From the NCBI GenBank assembly GCA_019058445.1, contig JAHPZA010000006.1:1-64000 (forward strand): a stretch of DNA of 64,000 bases, written 5' to 3'. Position 1 is the stretch's first letter, and each line of letters opens with the position of its first letter. The notes under the pieces are model-generated. The model was not told the origin of the DNA, ran no database searches, and was given only the letters and a program-made list of their open reading frames with translations. Positions 31,732 through 40,637 of this stretch are shown here, piece by piece. The stretch comes from Promethearchaeota archaeon. GTDB lineage: Archaea; Asgardarchaeota; Lokiarchaeia; Sigyniarchaeales; SOKP01. Position numbers and translations under genes: made by a program.

Positions 31732-32210
31732 TTTTTGTCACATCGCGATCTCTTAGGAAATTGAAGAGACTGATTTTTGTCACATCATTTTCACTTTTTT
31801 CCTAAAACTAAAAATGGTTTTTTTGATCGAATTTGGTATTTAGGAGTTTTGAAGTCTTCATAAAATAATGAAGAGGAAAAATCGTCACATGATTTTTGCG
31901 GGAAAAATGTGGGAAAAAGTGGGGAAATGAAATATTTGACGAGATGGGGTTGTCTAAACAAAAATTATGAAAATTTAGTTTCTAGGAAAAAATGAAACTT
32001 ATAATATATAATATATAACTTTCATATTTATCTAGAAACTAAAATTATAAGTAGAGGCGTTTTAAAGCTATTTTAGAATTTTGGGTAAGGTTTACGTGGG
32101 AAAAATGTGGGAAAAAGTGGGTTAGTTTTCGGTTTTTAGTGAAATGAATGTGACATTTTTCAGTCTTCTGTATTCTGTTAAATCTCTAAGCGATCTAATA
32201 GCCAAATTTA
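31724..32210. repeat. Origin-like region: iteron pair, G-rich direct repeats, central AT-rich palindrome
   Basis: 21-bp repeats 31724-31744/31766-31786; 24-bp repeats 31900-31923/32098-32121; inverted arms 31974-31985/32032-32043. Confidence 0.7.
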
Positions 32211-32376
32211 AATTGAAAAAATGGTTTAATTTTTAAAATCCATAAATGATGGGAAGAACGGGTTTAGGGTATTTTTTTGGACACTTCGACTTATTTTAAT
32301 CATAAAAAAGCCTGTTTTCTCCCATCATTTTATTATTTTTCCGTAATGAGATGACTGAAAAGCGGGATTGGTAAGT

Positions 32377-32385
32377 TTTAAATAG
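32377..32385 (+). promoter_or_regulatory. TATA-like box of putative late transcript
   Basis: TTTAAATAG about 22 bp before the structured segment at 32407. Confidence 0.55.
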
Positions 32386-32406
32386 TCATTTTTTTTGGTT
32401 GTAATT

Positions 32407-32649
32407 GACAAATTTATGACTGAGATTGATCGCGTTAAGAGGGAATTCATACTTATTTCAAAAATGAATTCAAGATCGAAAGATCTTTTTGAAGAATATA
32501 TTTAAAGAGGCATGTTGACGTACAGTCACTTGGAAATTGAAATATCTTTCGAGAGATCTTTTGTTTGTTCGAATTCTACTTTTTTTATCACCTGTCATAA
32601 ATTGTCTTGTTCCATGTGAACAAAATCGGGACGATCTCATCAATCGTCC
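32407..32649 (+). ncRNA. Candidate structured RNA / long 5' leader
   Basis: Nested complementary segments 32407-32420/32594-32606 and 32479-32499/32542-32561 (G-U type mismatches) plus two small hairpins. Confidence 0.5.
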
Positions 32650-32656
32650 TTAAAAA

Positions 32657-33151
32657 ATGTTTTCCAGAGTAAAAGAAACGCGAAAATCGGAAGTAATCGC
32701 CAGAGAAGGGCAACCAAGAGTAGATGTGGACAGACCTGAAGTTATTGGCGGGCCTGTGGCGAGTTCTTGGATAAGTAGCTTGTATTATGATTTAGAAAAT
32801 GAAGTAGCTACTATGAATACATTCGATTTAGGAGAAAAAGGAATAGATTATCGCAGTTATGACTTTCCAGAATTTCCTCCCGCAGAATTTGATGATTGGT
32901 GGCTTGCAATGAGTAAAGGCACATTTTATCATGAAAGGGTTAAGAATCTGGGATATCTAAAGCGTAGAATGTTATTGAAAAGGGTTTTGGCTAAAGTAAA
33001 GGCTAGAAAGTATAGAAGGCGAGAAAATAGGAAGTTTAAGTATTATTCCGACGCGTTTAAAGAAGGATTGCCAGTTAAACAAAAAGGAACGGGAAAAAGA
33101 GCAATTCCGTATTCGAAAAGGAAATTAAAGCAAAAAGGGTTATTTGAGTAA
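32657..33151 (+). CDS. KTSC-domain protein with basic C-terminal tail
   Basis: VASSWISSLYYD...YDFPEFPPAEFDDWWLAMSKGTFYHERVK follows KTSC pattern. Confidence 0.75.
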   Translation: MFSRVKETRKSEVIAREGQPRVDVDRPEVIGGPVASSWISSLYYDLENEVATMNTFDLGEKGIDYRSYDFPEFPPAEFDDWWLAMSKGTFYHERVKNLGYLKRRMLLKRVLAKVKARKYRRRENRKFKYYSDAFKEGLPVKQKGTGKRAIPYSKRKLKQKGLFE

Positions 33152-33161
33152 AAAGTTAGAG

Positions 33162-33332
33162 CTTAGCCTTTTTCCGCAAGCATTCGAATTCAGGAAGCCA
33201 CGTTAACCATTTCCGTAAACCCATGAATTACGGTAATAGAACGCCCACGTTTAGCGTTCAAGAAAATTGAAAATAAATGAAAATTTTTCATGGGTTTTCT
33301 AAGATAAGAGAAGAGAAGCTAAGAACGGAAAT
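33162..33332. ncRNA. Second candidate structured element
   Basis: AAACCCATGAA/TTCATGGGTTT, GAACGC/GCGTTC, ATTTCCGT/ACGGAAAT pairings. Confidence 0.4.
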
Positions 33333-33538
33333 TATAACTATGTGAACTTCGCAAAATGATGATTTCACGCATATCTCATAGAATACGAGAAGATAACCCA
33401 GAAATAGCAAAAATAAAGAATTGAGTAAAAGAATCGTTTAAATCGTGTTTAAACGTTATTAGAAGGTTAGGTTACTTTTAATAGAAATTAACGGTTACAA
33501 ACGATTTAAAAATATAGGTATTAAGAGGGTATAAAAAT

Positions 33539-33697
33539 ATGAATAGAAGGTTAGAGAATAAAGAATTTGAAGGAGTAGCATTAGAGGGTAATAGCCTAGA
33601 GGATGGAATTATTAGAGAGTTTACGTTAAGTAATAGAATGGGCGTACTAAGAACATCCGGTGGGGATTTGGTAGAATATGAATATATTGTTAGATAA
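33539..33697 (+). CDS. Small viral protein (52 aa, not in ORF track)
   Basis: MNRRLENKEF...YIVR-stop, overlaps next ORF. Confidence 0.45.
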   Translation: MNRRLENKEFEGVALEGNSLEDGIIREFTLSNRMGVLRTSGGDLVEYEYIVR

Positions 33698-33884
33698 AGA
33701 AGATATTGAAGAGTTATTGAAAATAGGTATTACTAAGGTTGAAGTCTTCGAAACTAGTGGTTTAGTAGAATGTATAGGTACAGGCGCAGGAAAGCCAATA
33801 ATTTTAGATTTGGAGAAAATGGCAGGTACGAGGCTTGATATACCATTAAAAGAGGATTTGACAGAATATGTGGGAGAGGCTTAG
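33678..33884 (+). CDS. Viral hypothetical protein
   Basis: 68-aa ORF upstream of terminase. Confidence 0.5.
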   Translation: MNILLDKEDIEELLKIGITKVEVFETSGLVECIGTGAGKPIILDLEKMAGTRLDIPLKEDLTEYVGEA

Positions 33885-34014
33885 AAAACTTGATCTGTGA
33901 GAGATTGGTTCTTACGGTTTTACCTTTTAGATCACCAACCTGCAAAATGCCACTAGAAGCGTTCTACTCCCCATTTATGAAAATCAACATAAACGGAAAC
34001 ATCCAAAAATAAAT

Positions 34015-35505
34015 ATGAGTACTAGACAAGTCCAAATCTTCAAGGTCTTAGAGGAAAACCCAGAATTAGCGGAACGTAGTTCAAATGCCGAACTTTACGC
34101 CTTATTACCTAAAGTTCCTAAAAGTTCTATCCGTTTTAACAAAAAGCTATTTAAGGAACGTCTAAAACGCAAAAACGAGGAGTTACAGCTCTTCATAGAA
34201 AACAACCAGAAGTTCATACAACCGCCCACACAGAACGCTTACAAATGGCAAATTGACGCGTTTAACAAGATCATGGAGCATTTCGCTACTAAGCTTCTTG
34301 TACCGCGAGATCACGGTAAATCCTACTTAATCTGTTGGTTAATCGAATACTTATTAGATTTGAAGGCTACAAGCGTTCTTTTACTAGGTTGGACAGATCG
34401 GCGAAAAGATATCGCAGAATGGGTTTATAGTTATTGTATTCGCAAGGATTTAATAGAATCCGTTAGAAGCGAATTTTGGTTTACACTTAAGAACGGCTCT
34501 AAATTCCGTTGTTTTCTTACTTCGGAAAAGGCTATTCTAGGCTTCCACGGGGACGAGAAGGGTATGGTTCTTATCATAGATGATCCTATTGACGATTCTT
34601 GGCGCACAGAACCGTGGAGAGAAGCCAAGCTCGAACGTCGCTATAAATCAACGATTTCAAACATAAATCCGTTAAAGATACTAATTAGCGGAACGCGGAA
34701 ATGTGAAGGTGACTTTTTCGATTTCATAGATGATACGTACGGAAATAGTGATTACGATTATTATGATTACACACGTAAGCCATACTATGAGGAGAACGGT
34801 TCTAAAAAGCTTCTATGCCCAGAGAGATGGACACTAGCTAAATTAGAGAAGAAACGCGTAGAAATAGGAGAATATTGGTATGCAGCGGAATGGATGCAAG
34901 ATCCTCATCCCATAGAGGCAGGGATCTTAACTAAACCGACGTTTGACATACACGCGGGTAAATCTGCTTATTCACATTGCGCAATAAGCGTGGATTCCGC
35001 TACAACGATAAAGAAAACGTCAGACTTTACTGCAATCATTACAATCTTAAAGAAGCGAAACACTTTAGAGTATTTTGTACTCAGGGCTTTAGTAGATCAT
35101 TTAGATTTCGAGGAAATTCTAAAATCGATAGAGAAGGCTTATAGATATGTTTTAGAGAAGTTTATAGATATCAATATAATTGTTCCAATTGAGAAAAATG
35201 CGGGAGGAAATTATTTAATTCAATCATCTAAGAGACGTGGTTATACATTTAGTTCACACATCATTCCTGTTCATAGTAGTAAAGCCAAATTCATTAGAAT
35301 TGAATCCGCATTAGAAGTACCGTTAAGAGAAGCTACACTTATATTTTCTGAAGGTTTAAAAAATACAGAATTAATAACGGAAATTCTAACATTCCCAAAT
35401 AGCCGTAAACTCGACGCGATAGATGGATTAGCCATAGGAATAAAAGAACTTGAAAATAAACATTCAGCATATACATTTGATATATTAAAAGCAAATGCAT
35501 TTTAA
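34015..35505 (+). CDS. Terminase large subunit
   Basis: VPRDHGKS Walker A, LIIDDP Walker B, ISGT, WMQDP, SVDSA..SDFTA, DAIDG nuclease acids. Confidence 0.92.
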   Translation: MSTRQVQIFKVLEENPELAERSSNAELYALLPKVPKSSIRFNKKLFKERLKRKNEELQLFIENNQKFIQPPTQNAYKWQIDAFNKIMEHFATKLLVPRDHGKSYLICWLIEYLLDLKATSVLLLGWTDRRKDIAEWVYSYCIRKDLIESVRSEFWFTLKNGSKFRCFLTSEKAILGFHGDEKGMVLIIDDPIDDSWRTEPWREAKLERRYKSTISNINPLKILISGTRKCEGDFFDFIDDTYGNSDYDYYDYTRKPYYEENGSKKLLCPERWTLAKLEKKRVEIGEYWYAAEWMQDPHPIEAGILTKPTFDIHAGKSAYSHCAISVDSATTIKKTSDFTAIITILKKRNTLEYFVLRALVDHLDFEEILKSIEKAYRYVLEKFIDINIIVPIEKNAGGNYLIQSSKRRGYTFSSHIIPVHSSKAKFIRIESALEVPLREATLIFSEGLKNTELITEILTFPNSRKLDAIDGLAIGIKELENKHSAYTFDILKANAF

Positions 35506-35507
35506 AA

Positions 35508-35915
35508 ATGAAATTAAAAAATATTATTAATAAAATTAAGACTGGATATAAACGCTTTAGAGAGTACTTCTATAAAGGAGAAGTGGTGTTTATGACTAAT
35601 GATAAAGCCCATTTAGAGGCAATTTATACAAGTTTATCCGTTTTAGGAATAGATATTAAATATATAGGTAATAATGAATATATGTTTAAAATCTCCGCAA
35701 AAAAGGAAAAACATTATAAAAAGCTTGTAAATACAATTCTGGAAGATAAGGAGAGTTTAAAAGAGAAGTCTATGCGTTTATTTGATAAAGAACTTAAAAT
35801 AAAAGAATTAAATGAAAAATTAGCTTTTCTTAAAGGATTATTTGAATCAGAAAAAGCTATTATTTTTGAAGAGAATTTCAATGAAGATATGAAGGCTAAA
35901 TTAGATGCAATATAA
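35508..35915 (+). CDS. Viral coiled-coil protein between TerL and portal
   Basis: Co-oriented, K/E-rich helix. Confidence 0.6.
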   Translation: MKLKNIINKIKTGYKRFREYFYKGEVVFMTNDKAHLEAIYTSLSVLGIDIKYIGNNEYMFKISAKKEKHYKKLVNTILEDKESLKEKSMRLFDKELKIKELNEKLAFLKGLFESEKAIIFEENFNEDMKAKLDAI

Positions 35916-37077
35916 AACAGTAAATAGAGGCAGTTTTGATCGGTATTATGAAAACCAATATGCACCTAGTTTACTAAAAGATTATTATACTTCCGTAAAT
36001 GACGCAGAAACTAGGGAAAAGAGATCGGGGATTGATCCTTTAGCTTCAGCATTAACTTTACGTGTCGGAAAGCTTTTAACCATGAATCCCCCTAAATTCT
36101 TGGATGAGAATAAAGAAGAGATCAAGAAAATAAGAGAAGAATGGGTTAAAAATGATTATGATAGCGTTTTCCGTGAAGCGATAATAAGTACACGTACTCA
36201 TGGGTTTTGCGTGACAGAAAAACTGAAAAATTCTTTCGCGGGGAAAAACTTTTTAGTACATAATCTGGCGAATGGAATTATACGTGTAAATTATGAAGAT
36301 CGTTTGAATATAAAGAGTTATGATATTCTCCCAAAAATGGAAGAAGGCGAGAGGATTTCGAGTTATGCTATTCCAAAACAACGTGAATTAATGGGAAAAA
36401 ATGCTTTTCACTATGAAATAGGAAGGAAAAAATATAACCAACAAGGCGAGAGTTCTTTAAAACCAATTTGGGCCCAATTAGTACGCGCAAATGAGATAAT
36501 TGACAGTATGGCGGAATATGACTCGCGTATCGGTAAGGGCTGGCTATATGTTAAAGTAGATCCCGCATTATATAATAAAGATATTTCAAAACTTAATACT
36601 GTCGTGCGAAAAATGAATCGTCGACGTTTTATGATTCTAAAAAGTACAAAAGAATCGCCCACGGATATTAATTTATTAACAACGACTAGCACGATTGATT
36701 TTTCTAGAGATCTAGAAACTTTAGTGGGTATTATAGCTTCACAGACTGGATTGCCTACTCGGTGGTTTCTTGGTTCACCAAAAGGATTCATTTCTTCCGC
36801 AAAAGAAGATAGATATCAAGTTTATGCAACTTTAAAAAGTATATTTGCGGAATATAAAGACTGGATTAGGGGATTTATTGAGAAATTCTATGAAAGTGGA
36901 GAAGCTATAAACAATAAGATTAAAGAAATTGAATTTGACGACGAAGGCGTTTTAGAAGAAATAGGAAGACAAATGGAAAACGGTGTAGCTTTTGATAACA
37001 ATCAAATACAAGAATCAGGTAAAACTGAGAAACAAATTAAATATTTAGCTAATAAAGAACAATTAAAGGAGAGCTAA
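35905..37077 (+). CDS. Portal protein (DUF1073-like)
   Basis: Position after TerL; GESSL and IASQTGLPTRWFLGSPKG..ED..Y resemble DUF1073 portals. Confidence 0.8.
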   Translation: MQYKTVNRGSFDRYYENQYAPSLLKDYYTSVNDAETREKRSGIDPLASALTLRVGKLLTMNPPKFLDENKEEIKKIREEWVKNDYDSVFREAIISTRTHGFCVTEKLKNSFAGKNFLVHNLANGIIRVNYEDRLNIKSYDILPKMEEGERISSYAIPKQRELMGKNAFHYEIGRKKYNQQGESSLKPIWAQLVRANEIIDSMAEYDSRIGKGWLYVKVDPALYNKDISKLNTVVRKMNRRRFMILKSTKESPTDINLLTTTSTIDFSRDLETLVGIIASQTGLPTRWFLGSPKGFISSAKEDRYQVYATLKSIFAEYKDWIRGFIEKFYESGEAINNKIKEIEFDDEGVLEEIGRQMENGVAFDNNQIQESGKTEKQIKYLANKEQLKES

Positions 37078-37079
37078 TT

Positions 37080-37409
37080 ATGGAAGAATTAATTATAGAT
37101 GTAGAAAATATTGATGGAGAGAATTTAAAAATCGAACTTCCGTTTTTTAAGCCTTATATCGTTAATAATGAAGATTTTCTTAATATGGTTAGGTATTTAA
37201 AAAAGAAATTTGATTTAAATATTCCGTCTGAAGCGAATAAAGCTTTAAAACATTGGTCAGATTTAGAAGAATCGATGGTACAAGAATCTAAAGAATTTGT
37301 ACCATATGAAAGCGTTCATTTTAAGCATCATTTTAAACTAGAAGGGCTTAAACCTTTTGATATTGAGGAGTTTTATAAATCTCATTATAAAACTACTAGA
37401 GGATGGTAA
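37080..37409 (+). CDS. Viral hypothetical protein in head module
   Basis: Between portal and protease. Confidence 0.6.
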   Translation: MEELIIDVENIDGENLKIELPFFKPYIVNNEDFLNMVRYLKKKFDLNIPSEANKALKHWSDLEESMVQESKEFVPYESVHFKHHFKLEGLKPFDIEEFYKSHYKTTRGW

Positions 37410-37410
37410 A

Positions 37411-38139
37411 ATGACTCATTTAGAGGATTACGATTATATAGGAACAGCATGCTTAGGTGACGTTAAATACGACGACGGTTTTGATAAATGGGATGATATC
37501 AAGAAAGTAATTAAAAATAAGAAAGAAATTATCATAAAACCCAATCATGAAAGTAAAGATATCGTCGGAAGGGTCAAGTTTTTTGAGCTGTGCGATAAAA
37601 ATAAAGAATTGAAAATAGGAATTAATAGAAAGGATTTATCCGTTGGTTTAGATGCTTTTAATGGAGTTTCTCCCCAATTTTTAACCAATGATAAAGGCAA
37701 AATAGTAGATATAACACATTTTGCGATTGGGAATAGTTTTAAACCGAAGTGTGATAAATCAGTATGTTATATTGAAAAAAATCGAGGTAAACAAAAGAAA
37801 ATGGATGATTTAGAAAAAAAAATTGAAGATTTAAAAGCTGAAAATAAAAAACTTAAAGCGAAGTATTTAGAACTAGAAAATAAGATGCTAGAGACTGATA
37901 ATAAAGCTTTTGAAGAATTCTTAAAAGAAAAAAACAATAATAATAAGTCTAAAGATAAGGATAAAGATGGGAGTAATCCTAAAGATAAGGATAAAGATAA
38001 AGATTTAGACTTAACACCAAATCAAGATATCGAGCAAGATATCGAGACAAAACCCAAAAATAAGTTTGAATATAAAGGATTTTTGGGAAATACAACTAAA
38101 AACACAGAAAATTTAATCGCAAAAAGAAAAATAAAATAA
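37411..38139 (+). CDS. Prohead protease-scaffold fusion
   Basis: NH..IVG, GVSPQF, THFAI protease-like motifs; coiled-coil and KD-repeat C-terminus; ATG at 37411. Confidence 0.7.
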   Translation: MTHLEDYDYIGTACLGDVKYDDGFDKWDDIKKVIKNKKEIIIKPNHESKDIVGRVKFFELCDKNKELKIGINRKDLSVGLDAFNGVSPQFLTNDKGKIVDITHFAIGNSFKPKCDKSVCYIEKNRGKQKKMDDLEKKIEDLKAENKKLKAKYLELENKMLETDNKAFEEFLKEKNNNNKSKDKDKDGSNPKDKDKDKDLDLTPNQDIEQDIETKPKNKFEYKGFLGNTTKNTENLIAKRKIK

Positions 38140-38183
38140 ACTATTGATTGAAAATTAAAAATTAAATAAAAAGGTAAACGATA

Positions 38184-38636
38184 TTGGCAAATACTAAAAT
38201 TAGTGATATTGCAAATAGTGTAAGCTTAGGTATAAATCCAACAGAGAGCGTTAAAGCCTCAGAGGCTTCCTTAAAAGCAGGTATGGGCGTCTATCATTAT
38301 AACGAGACGGGCGTAAAAGCAATAGAGGGAAGTGCAGCATTGGTTAGCGGTTTTGCGGGAGTTTTAAAAGAACATTATTATTCTGGTCTTGATGCAACAT
38401 TAACTAATGGATCAGACTATGAGCTTATCAAAAGAGGTCCATGTGCTGTGTTTATTGATGATCCAGGTAAAACTTTTGGACCAGGTGTGGAGATCTGGGT
38501 AAGTGGTGCAACTGCTGGGAGTTTTGGTTTATTAACTGATCGTGACTTTATTGCTCTTTCGGGAGCTAGCGCAGTTGGTAAAACTATCGATACTATTAAC
38601 TCAGGCGATACCGTTGCTATGGTTAATCTTTATTAA
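38184..38636 (+). CDS. Capsid decoration/cement protein
   Basis: G/A/V-rich beta protein directly before MCP. Confidence 0.65.
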   Translation: MANTKISDIANSVSLGINPTESVKASEASLKAGMGVYHYNETGVKAIEGSAALVSGFAGVLKEHYYSGLDATLTNGSDYELIKRGPCAVFIDDPGKTFGPGVEIWVSGATAGSFGLLTDRDFIALSGASAVGKTIDTINSGDTVAMVNLY

Positions 38637-38648
38637 AGGTGATTTAAG

Positions 38649-39566
38649 ATGGTAAGATTAACAAGGCAAGAACTTAAAAGTATCGATGACATCGTTAAAC
38701 GTGTTCTTCGTGAGCCTCCAATCTTAGAGGCTTTCGGCATTAGACAAGTTGCTAATGGTAAAAGAGAACATATGTTTTTAAGCGCGTCAGATATGCCCAC
38801 ATCTAATATTGGTGCAGATTTCTCTTATGATGCTAGGAACTACCCTATGAGAATCCCTACTGGAACAAAACTAACATTTATAACCTTTCCTGTTCAAATT
38901 AAAAGAACGGATATTGATGCAAGCGAAAGTGCGGGAATTGAATCTCTCGCCGTAACGGCTGAAATTGAAGCAAACGCAGCAATAATGAAGGATGTTGAGG
39001 ATGTTGTTCTTCATGGCAATAATGCTCGCGGATCTAAAGGTATGTGCAATTATGATGGTTTAAATCATTATGGTGCAGATGCTAGTAAAGCCTTAACAAC
39101 TCATGGGAGTTTTTTTACCCAGTTGGAAGGGGCTATCTCACAGGTTCGCGAAAATCATATTAAACCCGGATCAGAAGGCTACGATCTAATAATTAGTCCT
39201 GGGATTTTTCCCGAATTAAGGAATAATTGGGTTACTGGGATTTATAATGAGTATAAGCAATTTAAGGAAACCTATACTGAAGGTCCAGCTCCAGTTATCG
39301 GTAATATTATCGAGACTGACGAGATCTGCACGGACAGTAATGGGAACGCTACAGGTTGCTTCACAGATACCCAAGGTTTCATTGTCGGGAAATTAGGACA
39401 GCCAAATAATTACATCGCTGAATCGTACGAACTTCACCGCGATTTGATTCCAGGAGAATTTGAAAGTGATGTAAATTATGCGCTACGTTGGGCTGGCGGA
39501 TTTATTCCGAAAGAACCGAAGGCTTTATGCTTAGTCACTGGGTTAACGACAACCACAGCATATTAA
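38649..39566 (+). CDS. Major capsid protein, HK97 fold (encapsulin/DUF2184-like)
   Basis: 305 aa, strong SD AAGGTGA, VEDVVLHGNNARGSKGMCN, YDLIISP, C-terminal PKAL. Confidence 0.82.
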   Translation: MVRLTRQELKSIDDIVKRVLREPPILEAFGIRQVANGKREHMFLSASDMPTSNIGADFSYDARNYPMRIPTGTKLTFITFPVQIKRTDIDASESAGIESLAVTAEIEANAAIMKDVEDVVLHGNNARGSKGMCNYDGLNHYGADASKALTTHGSFFTQLEGAISQVRENHIKPGSEGYDLIISPGIFPELRNNWVTGIYNEYKQFKETYTEGPAPVIGNIIETDEICTDSNGNATGCFTDTQGFIVGKLGQPNNYIAESYELHRDLIPGEFESDVNYALRWAGGFIPKEPKALCLVTGLTTTTAY

Positions 39567-39586
39567 GTACGGCTAATTAGCTTAAA

Positions 39587-39627
39587 GATTGGAAAACGTG
39601 CGTGTTTTTCCGATCAAATTTTTTTTT
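39587..39627 (+). terminator. Hairpin plus T-run after MCP
   Basis: GATTGGAAAA...TTTTCCGATC then 9 T. Confidence 0.65.
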
Positions 39628-39654
39628 ATTTTAGAAAAATGAAAATTAAAACTT

Positions 39655-40002
39655 TTGTTGGTGATGTTAAAATTGGTGTATAGTAAATTAACGGATATAG
39701 AAAATAGGTTACCATTTGATATAAACGCAAATTCAATTCCATCGAGTAGTCAATTAACGGGCGTACAACTTCAATCAAACTTATTCATTAATGGATTTAT
39801 AGGGAGACCTTCTGGTTTAACGGAAAATACTGGAGCTTTAAGAATAATAGAGACCGATATTGCAGTAAATTATTGTATGTATTGGCATGATCCCGAATTC
39901 TCGCCTTTTTTTAGGTTTACACGCGATCAGAGGATGATTTTAGATAATTATCGTAGCGATCAATGTGTAAGATTGGGAAAATTAGGTTTTGATAGGGATT
40001 AA
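39655..40002 (+). CDS. Head-tail adaptor-like protein
   Basis: Position after MCP; YSKLTDIE..FINGFIG pattern of gp15/gp6-like adaptors. Confidence 0.55.
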   Translation: MLVMLKLVYSKLTDIENRLPFDINANSIPSSSQLTGVQLQSNLFINGFIGRPSGLTENTGALRIIETDIAVNYCMYWHDPEFSPFFRFTRDQRMILDNYRSDQCVRLGKLGFDRD

Positions 40003-40004
40003 AA

Positions 40005-40418
40005 ATGACTATCGCGGATATTAAGAGTGACGTTGTATCTCATTTAACAGATAATTGGAATACAGGCGTTTGTTCAATGCCAGAGATCCTCGAAGGAGAT
40101 CGCAAAACTAATTTGCGTGGCAACCAAATCAAATATCGGAATTCTATTAAAGTCTGGGATAATGGAATGGAGCCAGAATATGTAGATCCGCAACGCAAGA
40201 TTTGGGACGAGTATTACAACGTAAAATTAGAAATAGGATCACGCGAATCGGAAAGTAATTTAAAAAATATTTTATCCGAAACGCAACGCATTATAGGATT
40301 GACTGGGATATCGAATTACGATAACCAATTAATTTTGGGTGTAAAAAGGAAAGATTCTTCCGAAGAATATTACTCAGAATTTGATTTTATTGCAATAAAA
40401 TACAACCAATCCGTGTAA
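40005..40418 (+). CDS. Neck / tail-terminator-like protein
   Basis: 137 aa, position, VKLEIGS..LSETQRII pattern. Confidence 0.5.
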   Translation: MTIADIKSDVVSHLTDNWNTGVCSMPEILEGDRKTNLRGNQIKYRNSIKVWDNGMEPEYVDPQRKIWDEYYNVKLEIGSRESESNLKNILSETQRIIGLTGISNYDNQLILGVKRKDSSEEYYSEFDFIAIKYNQSV

Positions 40419-40637
40419 AAAAAGCAAAAATGAAGAGGTGTCCGCTACACCTCTTAAAAACAATCCATAACAATCCAAGAACGGAACGGATTAAACTAGA
40501 AAAAGATTGACGGTTTTTCTTAAAATTGCTGTTCGCAAAACAAGGAAAAAACAAAAAGAAAAGTACTAGGTTAAGGTTAAATTAATCCGTTCTTCAAAAA
40601 TGAATAAAAAAATAAATATAAACAGGTGAAATGAAAT

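Noticed and set aside
31724-32121. Repeats as a CRISPR mini-array
   Set aside because: Only two copies of each unit, spacings of 21 and 174 bp, and no cas genes
35905-37077. Anti-CBASS function from DUF1073-type annotation
   Set aside because: Position and size indicate portal; no phosphodiesterase motifs seen
37950-38045. TAAAGATAAGGATAAAGAT and CAAGATATCGAG repeats as regulatory sites
   Set aside because: Explained by low-complexity KD and QDIE repeats in the scaffold protein
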